64,000 nt of DNA, from positions 64,001 through 128,000 of the IMG/VR virus record IMGVR_UViG_3300020190_000007. One strand, 5' to 3'. Of this stretch, positions 38,649 through 49,054 are shown one piece after another; position 1 is the first letter of the stretch, and each line of letters starts with the position of its first letter. The notes under the pieces are model-generated. The model made no database searches, had not been told where the DNA came from, and saw nothing but the letters and a program-made list of their open reading frames with translations. The position numbers and the translations under genes are program-made. Source of the stretch: a virus.

Positions 38649-39726
38649 CAAAGAAAATATAGAAAAATTATCGGTTGCTTTAGAAAAACTAAAAACCAAA
38701 ACCAACACCATATATTTTTTGGTGTACGATACAAAAAAGAATCCAAGAGCGTCAGTAAAGCATATTTACGACATCGCTTTAACTTTAAAACAAAGTGGGT
38801 ATAATTCAAAATTACTTGTTGAAGATAAAACATATTCAGGAGTGAATTCTTGGTTGGGTGACAATTACTCCGAATTAGAAATTGTAACAATTAAAGACGA
38901 CCGAGTTGAAATCAAAATTGAAGATGTTATTATTGTTCCTGAGTACTATTCGAACGTGTTGGAATCTATGACCAATATTAGATGTGTAAAAGTCATGTTA
39001 GTTCAACAAAAAGAATACATTTTTGAAACATTACCAATTGGTAGTAGATGGTCCGATTACGGATTTGATAGGGTAATCACAACTACTAAATTTTCTAAAA
39101 AATATATTAGTGAGATTTTTCCCGAGTCTCTGGTGCATATTATTCCTCCAATTATAGGTGATGAATTTAAGGTTAATGATAAAAATACAAAACCAATTAT
39201 TTCTATAATGTGCAAAGACAGGTCAACAAACAAGAGAATTATATCTGAATTTTATATTAGATACCCACACTTGAGGTGGTTGACGTTTAGAGACATGGTT
39301 AATATGTCTTATCAAGAATTTGCTGATAACCTGAGAGAGTGTATTGTTTCAGTATGGGTAGATGAAGATTCCACATTTGGGACCTTCCCATTAGAATCGA
39401 TGAAATCGGGAGTACCCGTAATCGGTAAGATACCAAAGAATGAACCAGATTGGTTAAGTGAAAATGGTATGTGGACATATGACGATTCAAAAATTGTTGA
39501 AATCCTCGGAACATATATTAACGCTTGGTTGGAGGGTGTTGAAATTAATGATGATATCAAAAATAAAATGAAAGACACGTTGTTGCCATATGAATCAGAT
39601 ATTACAAAAAGTAACATATTAAATATTTTTGATTCATTTATAAATAAAAGAATTGATGTAATAGAACAAGCAATAAATAAAATAAAAGAAGAATTTAATA
39701 AATCAACTAAAGAAGAGGTATCATGA
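38641..39726 (+). CDS. Glycosyltransferase, GT-B fold
   Basis: DVIIVPE, STFGTFPLESMKSGVPVIG (ExFGxxxxEAM-type motif, first Glu altered). Confidence 0.75.
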   Translation: MNNKENIEKLSVALEKLKTKTNTIYFLVYDTKKNPRASVKHIYDIALTLKQSGYNSKLLVEDKTYSGVNSWLGDNYSELEIVTIKDDRVEIKIEDVIIVPEYYSNVLESMTNIRCVKVMLVQQKEYIFETLPIGSRWSDYGFDRVITTTKFSKKYISEIFPESLVHIIPPIIGDEFKVNDKNTKPIISIMCKDRSTNKRIISEFYIRYPHLRWLTFRDMVNMSYQEFADNLRECIVSVWVDEDSTFGTFPLESMKSGVPVIGKIPKNEPDWLSENGMWTYDDSKIVEILGTYINAWLEGVEINDDIKNKMKDTLLPYESDITKSNILNIFDSFINKRIDVIEQAINKIKEEFNKSTKEEVS

Positions 39727-40502
39727 AAGACATATCAATAATTTTACCCATTCATAAATGGGATGAGGAATATGAAACGATGTTTAGAAACGCGTTCAGT
39801 TCAGCCGAACAATTTTATAACGATGTAAAGTTGATAATTGTTGGGCCACCAAGTGTTGTTTCAAAAATAAACATTGAACAATCTAATTTGGAGTATAAAA
39901 TAATGGAAAACAGTGGTGAACAAGATTTTTGTTCACAGATTAATCTAGGTATCACAAATTGTGACACAGAGTGGTTTTCTATTTTGGAAGTTGATGATGA
40001 ATATCACAAAAATTGGTTAACATTAGTAAACTCATACAGAAAAGAAAACCCTGAAGTTGGGGCTTTTTTAAGTTTAGTAAAAGATATCAATGTTGAAGGA
40101 AAGTTTTTAAGTTACACCAATGAATCAACTTGGGCCTATGGATTTACAGATAAACAGGGATTCTTAGATAATGAAGCTTTATTAGAATACCAAAACTTTC
40201 AAATTAATGGTGGCCTATACAAAACATCTGTTATAACAGAGTATGGTAAATTAAAATCAAACATCAAACTAACATTTGGTTATGAATTTTTATTAAGGTT
40301 AACACATAACAATGTGAATGTCATGACGATTCCGAGATTAGGATACCAACACGTAAACTTTAGAGAGGATTCTTTATTTTGGAATTATAAAAATTCAGAA
40401 AAAATGAGACTTTCACAAGAAGAGGTTAAATTTTGGTTAAACACAGCAAAAAAAGAGTTTTTCTTCAAAAACGTAAGAGATATAAATTATGTAGAAAATT
40501 AA
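39723..40502 (+). CDS. Glycosyltransferase, GT-A fold (GT2-like)
   Basis: ISIILPI, QINLGI..CDTEWFSILEVDDEY, YEFLLRL. Confidence 0.75.
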   Translation: MKDISIILPIHKWDEEYETMFRNAFSSAEQFYNDVKLIIVGPPSVVSKINIEQSNLEYKIMENSGEQDFCSQINLGITNCDTEWFSILEVDDEYHKNWLTLVNSYRKENPEVGAFLSLVKDINVEGKFLSYTNESTWAYGFTDKQGFLDNEALLEYQNFQINGGLYKTSVITEYGKLKSNIKLTFGYEFLLRLTHNNVNVMTIPRLGYQHVNFREDSLFWNYKNSEKMRLSQEEVKFWLNTAKKEFFFKNVRDINYVEN

Positions 40503-40505
40503 TAT

Positions 40506-41204
40506 ATGCCGCGTAAACGAACCCAAAAAATATATTTTGGGGAGGAACAAGAAAAAGCGGTTGTAAGATACTTAGAATCCGAATCCGAAACAGAAAAGAA
40601 TAAGATATTCAACGAATATTTAAGAGAACCTCTCACAATAATGGTCGAAAGCATAATTCGACGTTATAAATTATATAGAAAAGATTTTGAATTTGTGGAC
40701 ATACACGCAGATACAATGTCTTTTTTAATGACGAAGATTAATAAATTTGACCATACAAAAAACCATAAAGCTTATTCTTATTTTGGTACTATTTGTAAAA
40801 ACTACTTAATGGGTGCAATTCAAAGGGACGCTAAAGAAATGAATCGAAGCGTTTCTTACGATGATATCTCATCCGATTTAGAGGAAAGTGCAGAGCATTC
40901 TTATTACATTGATGAATATCATATTGATTACAAAGATGTTATAATAAAATTTATAATTGAATTAGAAACCTTTATAGAGACAGAAGAATTGAATGATAAT
41001 GAACAGAAAATAGGGTATGCTTTAATTGAGATTTTTAGCAACTTTGAAAAAATATTCCAAATAGGTGAAGGAAATAAATTCAATAAAAATTTAATTCTAT
41101 TATCATTAAGAGAAATGACATCATTATCAACAAAAGAAATCAGAATCTCTCTAAAGAGATATAAAAAAGTTTACGAAGGAATCATGGTAAGATTCGTAAA
41201 TTAA
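40506..41204 (+). CDS. Phage late-transcription sigma factor (T4 gp55-like)
   Basis: KINKFDHTKNHKAYSYFGTICKNYL is a sigma region 2 / gp55-like motif. Confidence 0.65.
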   Translation: MPRKRTQKIYFGEEQEKAVVRYLESESETEKNKIFNEYLREPLTIMVESIIRRYKLYRKDFEFVDIHADTMSFLMTKINKFDHTKNHKAYSYFGTICKNYLMGAIQRDAKEMNRSVSYDDISSDLEESAEHSYYIDEYHIDYKDVIIKFIIELETFIETEELNDNEQKIGYALIEIFSNFEKIFQIGEGNKFNKNLILLSLREMTSLSTKEIRISLKRYKKVYEGIMVRFVN

Positions 41205-41225
41205 CTATTTCTCTATTTATATATT

Positions 41226-41600
41226 ATGAGGGAAAAGAAAAATATAATATCATTAGACACAGATTCAGCGTTAGCGTTGATGCAAGAAATCTACAACGAT
41301 ATTGTTGAACAAAAAAATACTGCGTCAATGATAACTAAAAAAATGTTAACATTCATGAAAGACGCTGAGGATATGAGCGTCATTGGTCCCGTCATTAAAG
41401 AACAACAAAAAATATTAAACGATTGTACCGAAAAAAAGATTTCATTAGTTAAACTTCAAGGAGCCTTATTAAAACAAACCCAAGGAAGTGGCCCAAATTC
41501 AAGTGGTGGTAAATTACAACTTACTGATGAAGATAGAGTCATATTGGAAAAACTGATGAATGATACTGAAGGAGAGTCGTCAGGAACATATACAGACTAA
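41226..41600 (+). CDS. Hypothetical helical late protein
   Basis: 124 aa; TATTTATA ends 4 nt before the ATG. Confidence 0.6.
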   Translation: MREKKNIISLDTDSALALMQEIYNDIVEQKNTASMITKKMLTFMKDAEDMSVIGPVIKEQQKILNDCTEKKISLVKLQGALLKQTQGSGPNSSGGKLQLTDEDRVILEKLMNDTEGESSGTYTD

Positions 41601-43558
41601 TGGCTAATTCAAAAGAACCCAAAAAAAAACTTCAAGCTTCGATTGAAGCAATAAAAAAAATTAATGACGACCCAAAGGGTTCATTGGGTTCTATTGCCGA
41701 CTCTTATCAAAAAAACATACCGGACCCAAACGAGTTATTTTCTAAAAAAAGTGCCGATTTAAAAAATAAATTAAAATCTAAGGTAGAAAATAATAAAGAC
41801 ATCTTTAAAGAATTGTTAGAAATTACAGAACAATTCATTACCAGTAACAAAAAAACAAAAACCGATACTACACCAACAAAAAGTGACAGTGTACCTGTCA
41901 ATGTTGACAAGAATCTCGTAAAAGGAAAAATAAAACGTTATGCGGTTTCTTCCTCAAAAACAACTCTAAAATCTGCAAAACAAATTGCAATTAAACATTT
42001 TTCAGAAGCTCTTTTTATGGGTGACGGAATTTGTGGTAGTCAGTCCGTTTTTAATATAGATTCAATAGTCCTAAAACCTGACGAATTTGACTTCTTAGAT
42101 ATTTTTACAATTGACCCCGATTCAGATTGTGGTCAATTAATTTACGAGAAAAAGTCACCTGATAAAAACAAACAAAAGGCGAATAGAAAATTTTATGATT
42201 TAATGTCTTCAGGAGGTTTATACACTTACTCATCAAACAATGGTAAAAACCTATTTAGTACCCAATGGAGTGCTTCAACACAACAATTTTTAATTACAGG
42301 ATTAACTCAAGGTACAACAGGTACAACCAAAGTGCAAGACTTCATCAAAGACTATTATGAGTCTTTGGAATTTCCTGATATTGAAGATATCATGAAGACC
42401 GCTATGATGTTAACCATACAAGGCGGTTCAAGTTGTAGTGACTCAAGTAAATTTACAGTATCATTAAATAAATCTCTAAGATTAATTGATAAATTATTCA
42501 AAGTATGTGGTTCCAATACTCAAAAAGATGAATTAAAAAATCAGACACCTGTTGATATGTTTAGTGAAAACGACCAAGACATTGAATTCTATTTTGATTT
42601 CGATGATGTGGAAGGTATTGACTTAGACGATGAACAAAATAGATTTAAAAGAGTATTAAAGTTTAAAGACTGTTATAATTTTGAAATACCAGTAGACGAC
42701 ATGCATGTGGAGGATTTTATCTACTTAACAAATAATCAGAGCGTAGAGAGTGCGGTAGACAACACTTTAGAAAATTTAGCTAAAGATGCTTTATCACAAT
42801 CAGACTCCTCTTTTGATATTAGCGCATTTTTAAATAACCTATTAAATAATTTCATCATCAATTTACCAAAAGCTTTGGTTATGTCGATTTTGTCGGCTAA
42901 AATATTCTTACCAATTATAGTATTATATAAAATATTTAAAACAGGTTTAACCAATGTGTATTTAAACAGTAAAGAATTAGCCAAGAAATTTTACAAGGCT
43001 ATCGGTGCGATAATTAAAGATTTATTTTGGTTATTCATAAGAGAATTTTATAGATTAATAAAAGTAGATTTATTGGCGTTTATCCAAAGTATTGTACAGA
43101 GAATTATTAAAAATAAGTACAAAAGGTATCTATTAATTATTACATCGTTAATTGCTTTATTGAGGAAAGCTTTAGAGACAGAGATAAATAATTGTTATGA
43201 TTTATTCCAAACAATACTATCAACAATTGAGGCCGCATTATCACAAAAAGCACCTATAACAATACCTTCAATTCTTTTACTATTTTCAGATTCATTACCG
43301 GGTTTCAGTCAAGATAGGGCATTTATGAATATCATGAATAAATTAGAAGCGTCAGGTGTACCTACCGGACCTTTATTTGGTGAATCAAATGACATAGGTA
43401 GTTTGGTAAAATCCGTTGTTGATGGGTATACCGAAGAAGAGGATGCAAATTCATTTGTAAAAATTGTATTGAAAGGTGGAACACTACCCGGTCCACCACT
43501 CGCTGGTGGCGCGGTAATACCACCTGGATTTATTACGGGCGTAGGTAAAAAACAATAA
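41600..43558 (+). CDS. Putative virion/baseplate protein with hydrophobic helices
   Basis: 652 aa directly upstream of the gp5-like gene; hydrophobic C-terminal half. Confidence 0.5.
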   Translation: MANSKEPKKKLQASIEAIKKINDDPKGSLGSIADSYQKNIPDPNELFSKKSADLKNKLKSKVENNKDIFKELLEITEQFITSNKKTKTDTTPTKSDSVPVNVDKNLVKGKIKRYAVSSSKTTLKSAKQIAIKHFSEALFMGDGICGSQSVFNIDSIVLKPDEFDFLDIFTIDPDSDCGQLIYEKKSPDKNKQKANRKFYDLMSSGGLYTYSSNNGKNLFSTQWSASTQQFLITGLTQGTTGTTKVQDFIKDYYESLEFPDIEDIMKTAMMLTIQGGSSCSDSSKFTVSLNKSLRLIDKLFKVCGSNTQKDELKNQTPVDMFSENDQDIEFYFDFDDVEGIDLDDEQNRFKRVLKFKDCYNFEIPVDDMHVEDFIYLTNNQSVESAVDNTLENLAKDALSQSDSSFDISAFLNNLLNNFIINLPKALVMSILSAKIFLPIIVLYKIFKTGLTNVYLNSKELAKKFYKAIGAIIKDLFWLFIREFYRLIKVDLLAFIQSIVQRIIKNKYKRYLLIITSLIALLRKALETEINNCYDLFQTILSTIEAALSQKAPITIPSILLLFSDSLPGFSQDRAFMNIMNKLEASGVPTGPLFGESNDIGSLVKSVVDGYTEEEDANSFVKIVLKGGTLPGPPLAGGAVIPPGFITGVGKKQ

Positions 43559-43559
43559 T

Positions 43560-43760
43560 ATGAATATTGAAAAATTACAAAATATTGTAGAAAATGCAAA
43601 AGATAAATCAAATAAGGATTTATTTGATGCTGAAGAATTTTTATTTAAACAACACGAAGAATTAAAACTGTACATTGTTGAATTAACAAAAAAATTAGAG
43701 TTCATTGAAAATCTACATGGGACAATAATTACTGAAATTGAAAATAGAAAAATACAATGA
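43560..43760 (+). CDS. Small coiled-coil hypothetical protein
   Basis: 66-aa ORF coupled to both neighbours. Confidence 0.6.
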   Translation: MNIEKLQNIVENAKDKSNKDLFDAEEFLFKQHEELKLYIVELTKKLEFIENLHGTIITEIENRKIQ

Positions 43761-45316
43761 AAATAGTTGATATAGGTGTATGTTTAGACAACAATGACCC
43801 TAAAGGTTTAGGACGTATTCGTGTTGTTGATTATGATGATTACATTGGGGGTAAATCGAATATAAAAGAAGGTATTCAAAATTGGAGTAAAGATGACCCA
43901 TTTGTAGCATCTCCATTTTTACCCAATAATATAAATTTTATACCTGAAAATAAACAAGCGGTTAAAATCATTAGATACGATACCGAAAAAACAACAGTAA
44001 ACCAAGAATACATTGCAGGTCCGTTTTCAACAAGATATGATTTTAACTCACAAGAATTTAATACACAAATATCTCAAACATCTTATGGTGTTTCTGTTGA
44101 GGATAAGGTAGATATTATAAAAAATGAAGAAGGAACTCTTCCCGAGAATTGTAAAAACGCCTTATCGAAATATAGAGACTATTCTGTAGGTGGAAAGTAT
44201 GGTTCTGATGCTTTATTTACACAAGACGGATTAGTTTTAAGAGGTGGTAAGTTAATTCAAAAGGAGGTTGCTAGTAATCAAAACAGAGAACTTCTAACAA
44301 AAGGATTCCCAATAGTTTCTGATAAGGTTGCTAAATTACATTTAAAAAAATTCGGACCTAAACAATTTATATCAGAAGAAATAAAAACGGAAAATGTAAC
44401 AGAGAATTCAAATTTAAAGTTCATAATTGAGTATGATGTTGACAACCTGACAAACCCAACTTATGTAAATTTTTATTTATATCAAATAAAACCTAATGTA
44501 ACTGAAAAATATAATTCAAGTAATTTTACGGAGTCGACGCAAATATTAGCGGGAGAATCTGTTTTTCTATCTGAATCCGGTAACACTTATACGTTTAGGA
44601 TTGATTTAAATTCAATTTTTTTATATAACGTAGCGTCACTAAACAAAAAAATTAAATTAATATATCAAGAAATTAGAAATAAACTAAAAACAATACAAAG
44701 TAATGGATTCGAGGATATTGTTCCTTTTAAAATACTCACAGATTTAATAGTAACTCAATCAGATTCAAACATATATCCTTTTTTCTTTAGACCGACAAAT
44801 GAGTTTGAAAACAGGTCAACAACAAGTACTGAAAAAAATAACAGATTAACTCTGTTTAATAACATAAAAATACCCGGGTCTACTTCAAAATCAAGTTTAG
44901 TTTATAATAGAGATAAGGTTACACCAAACACGAAGACAGTTGAAAAAGTCATAAAAGTTTTAAAAACGGATTCTACGTCTTTTGAACAAACTTTTGGAAA
45001 CGTGACCGCCGATAAAATTTACTTACTTTCTACGGACACAAATTTTACGGATAAAAAAATTGATTTTCCTGTTTTAAACACTTATGAATATGACCAATCT
45101 GACTATATTGAAAAGATAGAACCAAATACATATTCTTTAGTGAGAGGTGAAATATTATTAGATTTTATTGATGCTCTTTACACCGTTTTAACTAGTCACG
45201 TACACAATATCAATAAAGAGTATGTTAAGAATGGATACTCCCCTCACGCAAAATTGGAAATACTGTATAAAAAATTAAGGGACGAGTTGATAAATAAATC
45301 TATTAAAATCAACTAA
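43757..45316 (+). CDS. Baseplate central spike (gp5/VgrG OB-fold-like)
   Basis: GVCLDNNDPKGLGRIRV at the N-terminus; LVRGEILL...SHVH (HxH) near the C-terminus. Confidence 0.7.
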   Translation: MKIVDIGVCLDNNDPKGLGRIRVVDYDDYIGGKSNIKEGIQNWSKDDPFVASPFLPNNINFIPENKQAVKIIRYDTEKTTVNQEYIAGPFSTRYDFNSQEFNTQISQTSYGVSVEDKVDIIKNEEGTLPENCKNALSKYRDYSVGGKYGSDALFTQDGLVLRGGKLIQKEVASNQNRELLTKGFPIVSDKVAKLHLKKFGPKQFISEEIKTENVTENSNLKFIIEYDVDNLTNPTYVNFYLYQIKPNVTEKYNSSNFTESTQILAGESVFLSESGNTYTFRIDLNSIFLYNVASLNKKIKLIYQEIRNKLKTIQSNGFEDIVPFKILTDLIVTQSDSNIYPFFFRPTNEFENRSTTSTEKNNRLTLFNNIKIPGSTSKSSLVYNRDKVTPNTKTVEKVIKVLKTDSTSFEQTFGNVTADKIYLLSTDTNFTDKKIDFPVLNTYEYDQSDYIEKIEPNTYSLVRGEILLDFIDALYTVLTSHVHNINKEYVKNGYSPHAKLEILYKKLRDELINKSIKIN

Positions 45317-45340
45317 AACGATATTTATACTATAAAGGGA

Positions 45341-46714
45341 ATGTCGTACTATCGCTCATATTTTTCTAAAAACAATACTATCATCGAAGACAGTAGAGTT
45401 AACACCGCAAAAAATCCAACAACTGAGATTTATTATGGGGACGGATATTCGAGATTCATATTTAAAGTTGATTTTACAGATTTACAATCAAAAATTGACA
45501 GTGGTGATTTAGTTATAACCACAGGAACAACTCACTACTTGAAAATGACTAATACGGTCATTGGTGACGCTAAATTAGTTGGAGACAGTAAGTCCAATGG
45601 TAAAGACCGAGCAACATCATTCGATTTAATATTATTTTCAATACCACAATCATGGGATGAAGGTGTTGGATATGATTATGAATTTACCACTTATGATGAC
45701 AGTTCAGGTAACAAAATATATGACACACGAGCTTCTAATTGGTACGATAGAACTACAACATCGGGATGGACTCATCCAGGTGTGTATACAGGTGCGACCG
45801 TAATAAGTACAATACACTTTGACAATGGTAATGAAAATATCAATGTTAACATTACAAATTATGTAAATGGTATATTACTATCAGGTAACACTGACCATGG
45901 ATTAGGGTTGGCTTTCACATCAGCATTTGAATCCATAACTACGGGTGAAACACAACAATCGGTATCGTTTTTCTCAAAATACACTCAAACATTCTTTGAG
46001 CCATTTGTTGAGACGACTTTGTACGATAGAATATATGATAACAGACATAATTTTATTGAAAAGAGATATAATAATCTTTATCTATATGTAACGAAAGGTT
46101 CTAATTTCTATGATTTAGAAAGTAACCCCACTGTTGATATACTTAATTCAAGTAGTGTTGCTATTTCTGGATTAACAGGTCTTACAACAACAAAAATTAG
46201 AAAAGGTGTCTACAAAGTGAGATTCGGTTTAACAGGACAACTATGTGATGGTAAAAGATTTTTCTATGATAGATGGAAAAATCTAACACTTGATGGTGTG
46301 TCTATAGGTAACGCCACTCAAAAGTTTGTACCAAAACCGTATACATCGGGGTATAGTGTTGGTTCAAACCCAACCGAGACTCAAAACTATAAAATTCAAT
46401 TTTCAGGAATAAAACAGAATGAAAAAATAATTAGGGGTGAATTAAAAAAGATTGTACTTTATTTGAAATCAATTGAACAATCAAGAACAATATTATTTGA
46501 CGATGTTTATTATAGAATTTTCATAAAAGAAGGAAAAACAAATGTAATTGTTTACGATTGGACTAATGTAGATGTTACAAATGAGAATTCTTTTTATTTA
46601 GATACATCGTTTATGATTCCAAGGGAGTATTTTATGGAATTTAAAGCTAAAACATATACTGAGGAAATATTTTACAACGACTATGTCAAGTTTGAAATAT
46701 TATCAGAAATTTAA
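45341..46714 (+). CDS. Virion structural protein (DNRLRE/CBM-like beta-sandwich domains)
   Basis: SKNNTI, YSRFIFKVDF, WDEGVG, VNITNYVN, FFEPFVET; late motif upstream. Confidence 0.55.
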   Translation: MSYYRSYFSKNNTIIEDSRVNTAKNPTTEIYYGDGYSRFIFKVDFTDLQSKIDSGDLVITTGTTHYLKMTNTVIGDAKLVGDSKSNGKDRATSFDLILFSIPQSWDEGVGYDYEFTTYDDSSGNKIYDTRASNWYDRTTTSGWTHPGVYTGATVISTIHFDNGNENINVNITNYVNGILLSGNTDHGLGLAFTSAFESITTGETQQSVSFFSKYTQTFFEPFVETTLYDRIYDNRHNFIEKRYNNLYLYVTKGSNFYDLESNPTVDILNSSSVAISGLTGLTTTKIRKGVYKVRFGLTGQLCDGKRFFYDRWKNLTLDGVSIGNATQKFVPKPYTSGYSVGSNPTETQNYKIQFSGIKQNEKIIRGELKKIVLYLKSIEQSRTILFDDVYYRIFIKEGKTNVIVYDWTNVDVTNENSFYLDTSFMIPREYFMEFKAKTYTEEIFYNDYVKFEILSEI

Positions 46715-46727
46715 AATATTTATTATT

Positions 46728-47159
46728 ATGGATAACTTAGAAGGAATTATTAAAAATCAACTTGACAATTACAAGAATGAAAATATAACTGAAAACTACA
46801 TGTTTTTCAGTAATCTTAAACAACTTCACAGACAATGTCAAATGTTGTTACAATTAGACCCATCTATCGTTGAAGACATTTTACAAAATGGTCATGATTG
46901 GGCTGATGACCATGTTGCTGTCGCTAAAGAAAATGTTGACCAAGTTTTTGATTTTATGATGAATATAACGAAAGAATCATTAAACGAGGCCAAATCAAAT
47001 AAACTTTGTGCACGAGGAAAATCAGCAGCAAAATCAAAATTTAAAGTCTATCCAAGCGCGTACGCTAATGGATATGCGATTCAAGTTTGTAAAGGTAAAA
47101 TAAAAGGTTTAGATGGGGTAAGAAAGTGCTCGGGGTCATATTGCTCGGGTAAAAAATAA
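46728..47159 (+). CDS. Putative internal head protein with a basic Cys-containing C-terminal module
   Basis: Start MDNLEG 3 nt after TATTTATT; module KFKVYPSAYANGYA follows SLNE-A. Confidence 0.6.
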   Translation: MDNLEGIIKNQLDNYKNENITENYMFFSNLKQLHRQCQMLLQLDPSIVEDILQNGHDWADDHVAVAKENVDQVFDFMMNITKESLNEAKSNKLCARGKSAAKSKFKVYPSAYANGYAIQVCKGKIKGLDGVRKCSGSYCSGKK

Positions 47160-48187
47160 TGGATAAAAAAATTGTCTGTCAATGCGGTTGGAATTGGTCT
47201 TTATATGATGGTGGAGATGACCCGTATACGTGTCATAAATGTGGTCATGATAATACAGATAAGTACACAATGAAGATTTATATTAGTGAAGAAGATTTAT
47301 CTTATGTAAATGAATCTATTGAATCTGGAGAGGTTTTAAAAGAAGACTTGGCAAGATGGTTTAAAGAAAAATGGGTTGACGTTTCTCGTAAGATTGACGG
47401 TAAACACCCCCCCTGTGGTAGAAAATCGGCTGATGGTGAAGAAGGTAGAAAGGGTTATCCAAAATGTAGACCATCAAAAAAAGTATCAAAAGACACTCCA
47501 AAAACCGCTGGTAGTTATAGTAAAAAAGAAAAAAAATCTATGACTTCTCAAAAAAGAAGAGCAGAAAAGAAAGAACCGAAGATAGGCAAGGGTAACAAAC
47601 CTACAATGACAAAATTTAATGAAAATATGGAAAATATAATTAAATTAGATACAACTACAATTCAAAATACAATTAAACATCCAAAATTGGTTACTGAAAA
47701 TATGGAAATTTCTAACGCTCTCCAATATCATATTATTTATAAAAAATCATTATTAGAAAATGTATACAAATTAGGTACTGATAATTTTTTTAAATTATTA
47801 GAAGAATGTAAAGAACTATATTTGACTGGTCACTTAGATTTATCGGATGAGGATATTACATTCATTTATCAAAATGAATACGGCCCAATTGAAGAAACTA
47901 ATTATGAAATTACAGACCTTTTAAATGAAGCCGAATATCAGGGAAGAAAGGTACAACTTGGAAAAATTATGCAGGGTGATATTAAGAAATTTAAAGTTTA
48001 TGTTAAGAATGATAAAGGAAAAGTAGTAAAAGTAAATTTTGGGTTTGGTGGTAAATCTGCAAAGGGTAAAGTAATGAAAATTAAAAAGAATAATCCCGAA
48101 AGAAGAAAATCATTTAGAGCTAGACACAATTGTGATAATCCAGGTCCACGTTGGAAACCAAGATATTGGGCTTGTAGAACTTGGTAA
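47159..48187 (+). CDS. Multi-module basic protein (Zn-ribbon, LARWFKEKW module, FRARHNC module)
   Basis: CQCG..CHKCG; DLARWFKEKWVDV..PCGR..YPKCRP; KFKVYV..VNFG..RRKSFRARHNC..RYWACRTW. Confidence 0.6.
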   Translation: MDKKIVCQCGWNWSLYDGGDDPYTCHKCGHDNTDKYTMKIYISEEDLSYVNESIESGEVLKEDLARWFKEKWVDVSRKIDGKHPPCGRKSADGEEGRKGYPKCRPSKKVSKDTPKTAGSYSKKEKKSMTSQKRRAEKKEPKIGKGNKPTMTKFNENMENIIKLDTTTIQNTIKHPKLVTENMEISNALQYHIIYKKSLLENVYKLGTDNFFKLLEECKELYLTGHLDLSDEDITFIYQNEYGPIEETNYEITDLLNEAEYQGRKVQLGKIMQGDIKKFKVYVKNDKGKVVKVNFGFGGKSAKGKVMKIKKNNPERRKSFRARHNCDNPGPRWKPRYWACRTW

Positions 48188-48628
48188 TTAATAATAATTA
48201 ACAACAACCCCACATTCAAGGAGGAGTTGGAGGGATTTCTTTTGAGATTCATCCCACTTCTCCTTATTTTTTGTGGTACATACCTCTTTACAGTAAACAG
48301 TTTTAATTCCACTATTTACTATACCTCTAGCACAGTCCATACATGGTAATCCCGACGTAAGATATATTGTGGAACCTTTTAATGGTGTTCCTACACGAGC
48401 GGCGTTATAAATTGCATTACGTTCCGCATGTTCAAACCAGAAGTATTTTTCAGGTCTTTCCTGACGTTCTAATTTAGAATCGTCCATTCCCCTTGGGAAA
48501 GAATTATAACCCGTAGAAAGTACCTCATTGTCACCCCCAACGATTACCGCACCTATCTGTGTGAATTGGTCTTTTGATTTAAGTTTTACTTGTTCCGCTA
48601 ATCCTAAAAAATATTCCGTCCAATTCAT
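48188..48628 (-). CDS. dCMP deaminase
   Basis: SKD, TGYN, HAERNAI, PCMDC zinc-binding motifs. Confidence 0.93.
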   Translation of the reverse strand: MNWTEYFLGLAEQVKLKSKDQFTQIGAVIVGGDNEVLSTGYNSFPRGMDDSKLERQERPEKYFWFEHAERNAIYNAARVGTPLKGSTIYLTSGLPCMDCARGIVNSGIKTVYCKEVCTTKNKEKWDESQKKSLQLLLECGVVVNYY

Positions 48629-48978
48629 ATTAATTTTTGGTTTGAAATAAAATGTACTCTATTATTGTAATATAATCTAAGATTTTCGGCAAGACCTTTT
48701 TCCATTAATTTACTCATCTCTCTACAATTGTCCGAATCACTAATATCAATACCGACTATGAATCTACCATCATATTGTTTTTGATAAGTAATTGGTCGAA
48801 TATATTTTCCTTGGTCTTCCATCTTAAGATATTTCACCATTTCATCTTTAGTCTGTTTACACTCAATATTCCTACTTTCTATCAAACCTTTTAATACGTC
48901 TAATCTTAATTTCTCATAATCAAAGGGTTCGTCGGACATAATTGCTTTTTGTATATTTTTTTTTGATATTTTACCCAT
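48625..48978 (-). CDS. Hypothetical protein with a HeH/SAP-like DNA-binding motif
   Basis: YEKLRLDVLKGLIESRNIECKQTKDEMVKYL; TATATTTG at 48983-48990. Confidence 0.5.
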   Translation of the reverse strand: MGKISKKNIQKAIMSDEPFDYEKLRLDVLKGLIESRNIECKQTKDEMVKYLKMEDQGKYIRPITYQKQYDGRFIVGIDISDSDNCREMSKLMEKGLAENLRLYYNNRVHFISNQKLI

Positions 48979-49007
48979 ATTACAAATATACTGAAAAATT
49001 GTACAAT

Positions 49008-49035
49008 AAAAAAGGGGGACTAATGTCCCCCTTTC
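49008..49035. terminator. Intrinsic terminator after the major capsid gene
   Basis: AAAGGGGGAC-TAAT-GTCCCCCTTT with a T tract on the minus strand. Confidence 0.85.
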
Positions 49036-49054
49036 TATTATGAGATAGTTATGA

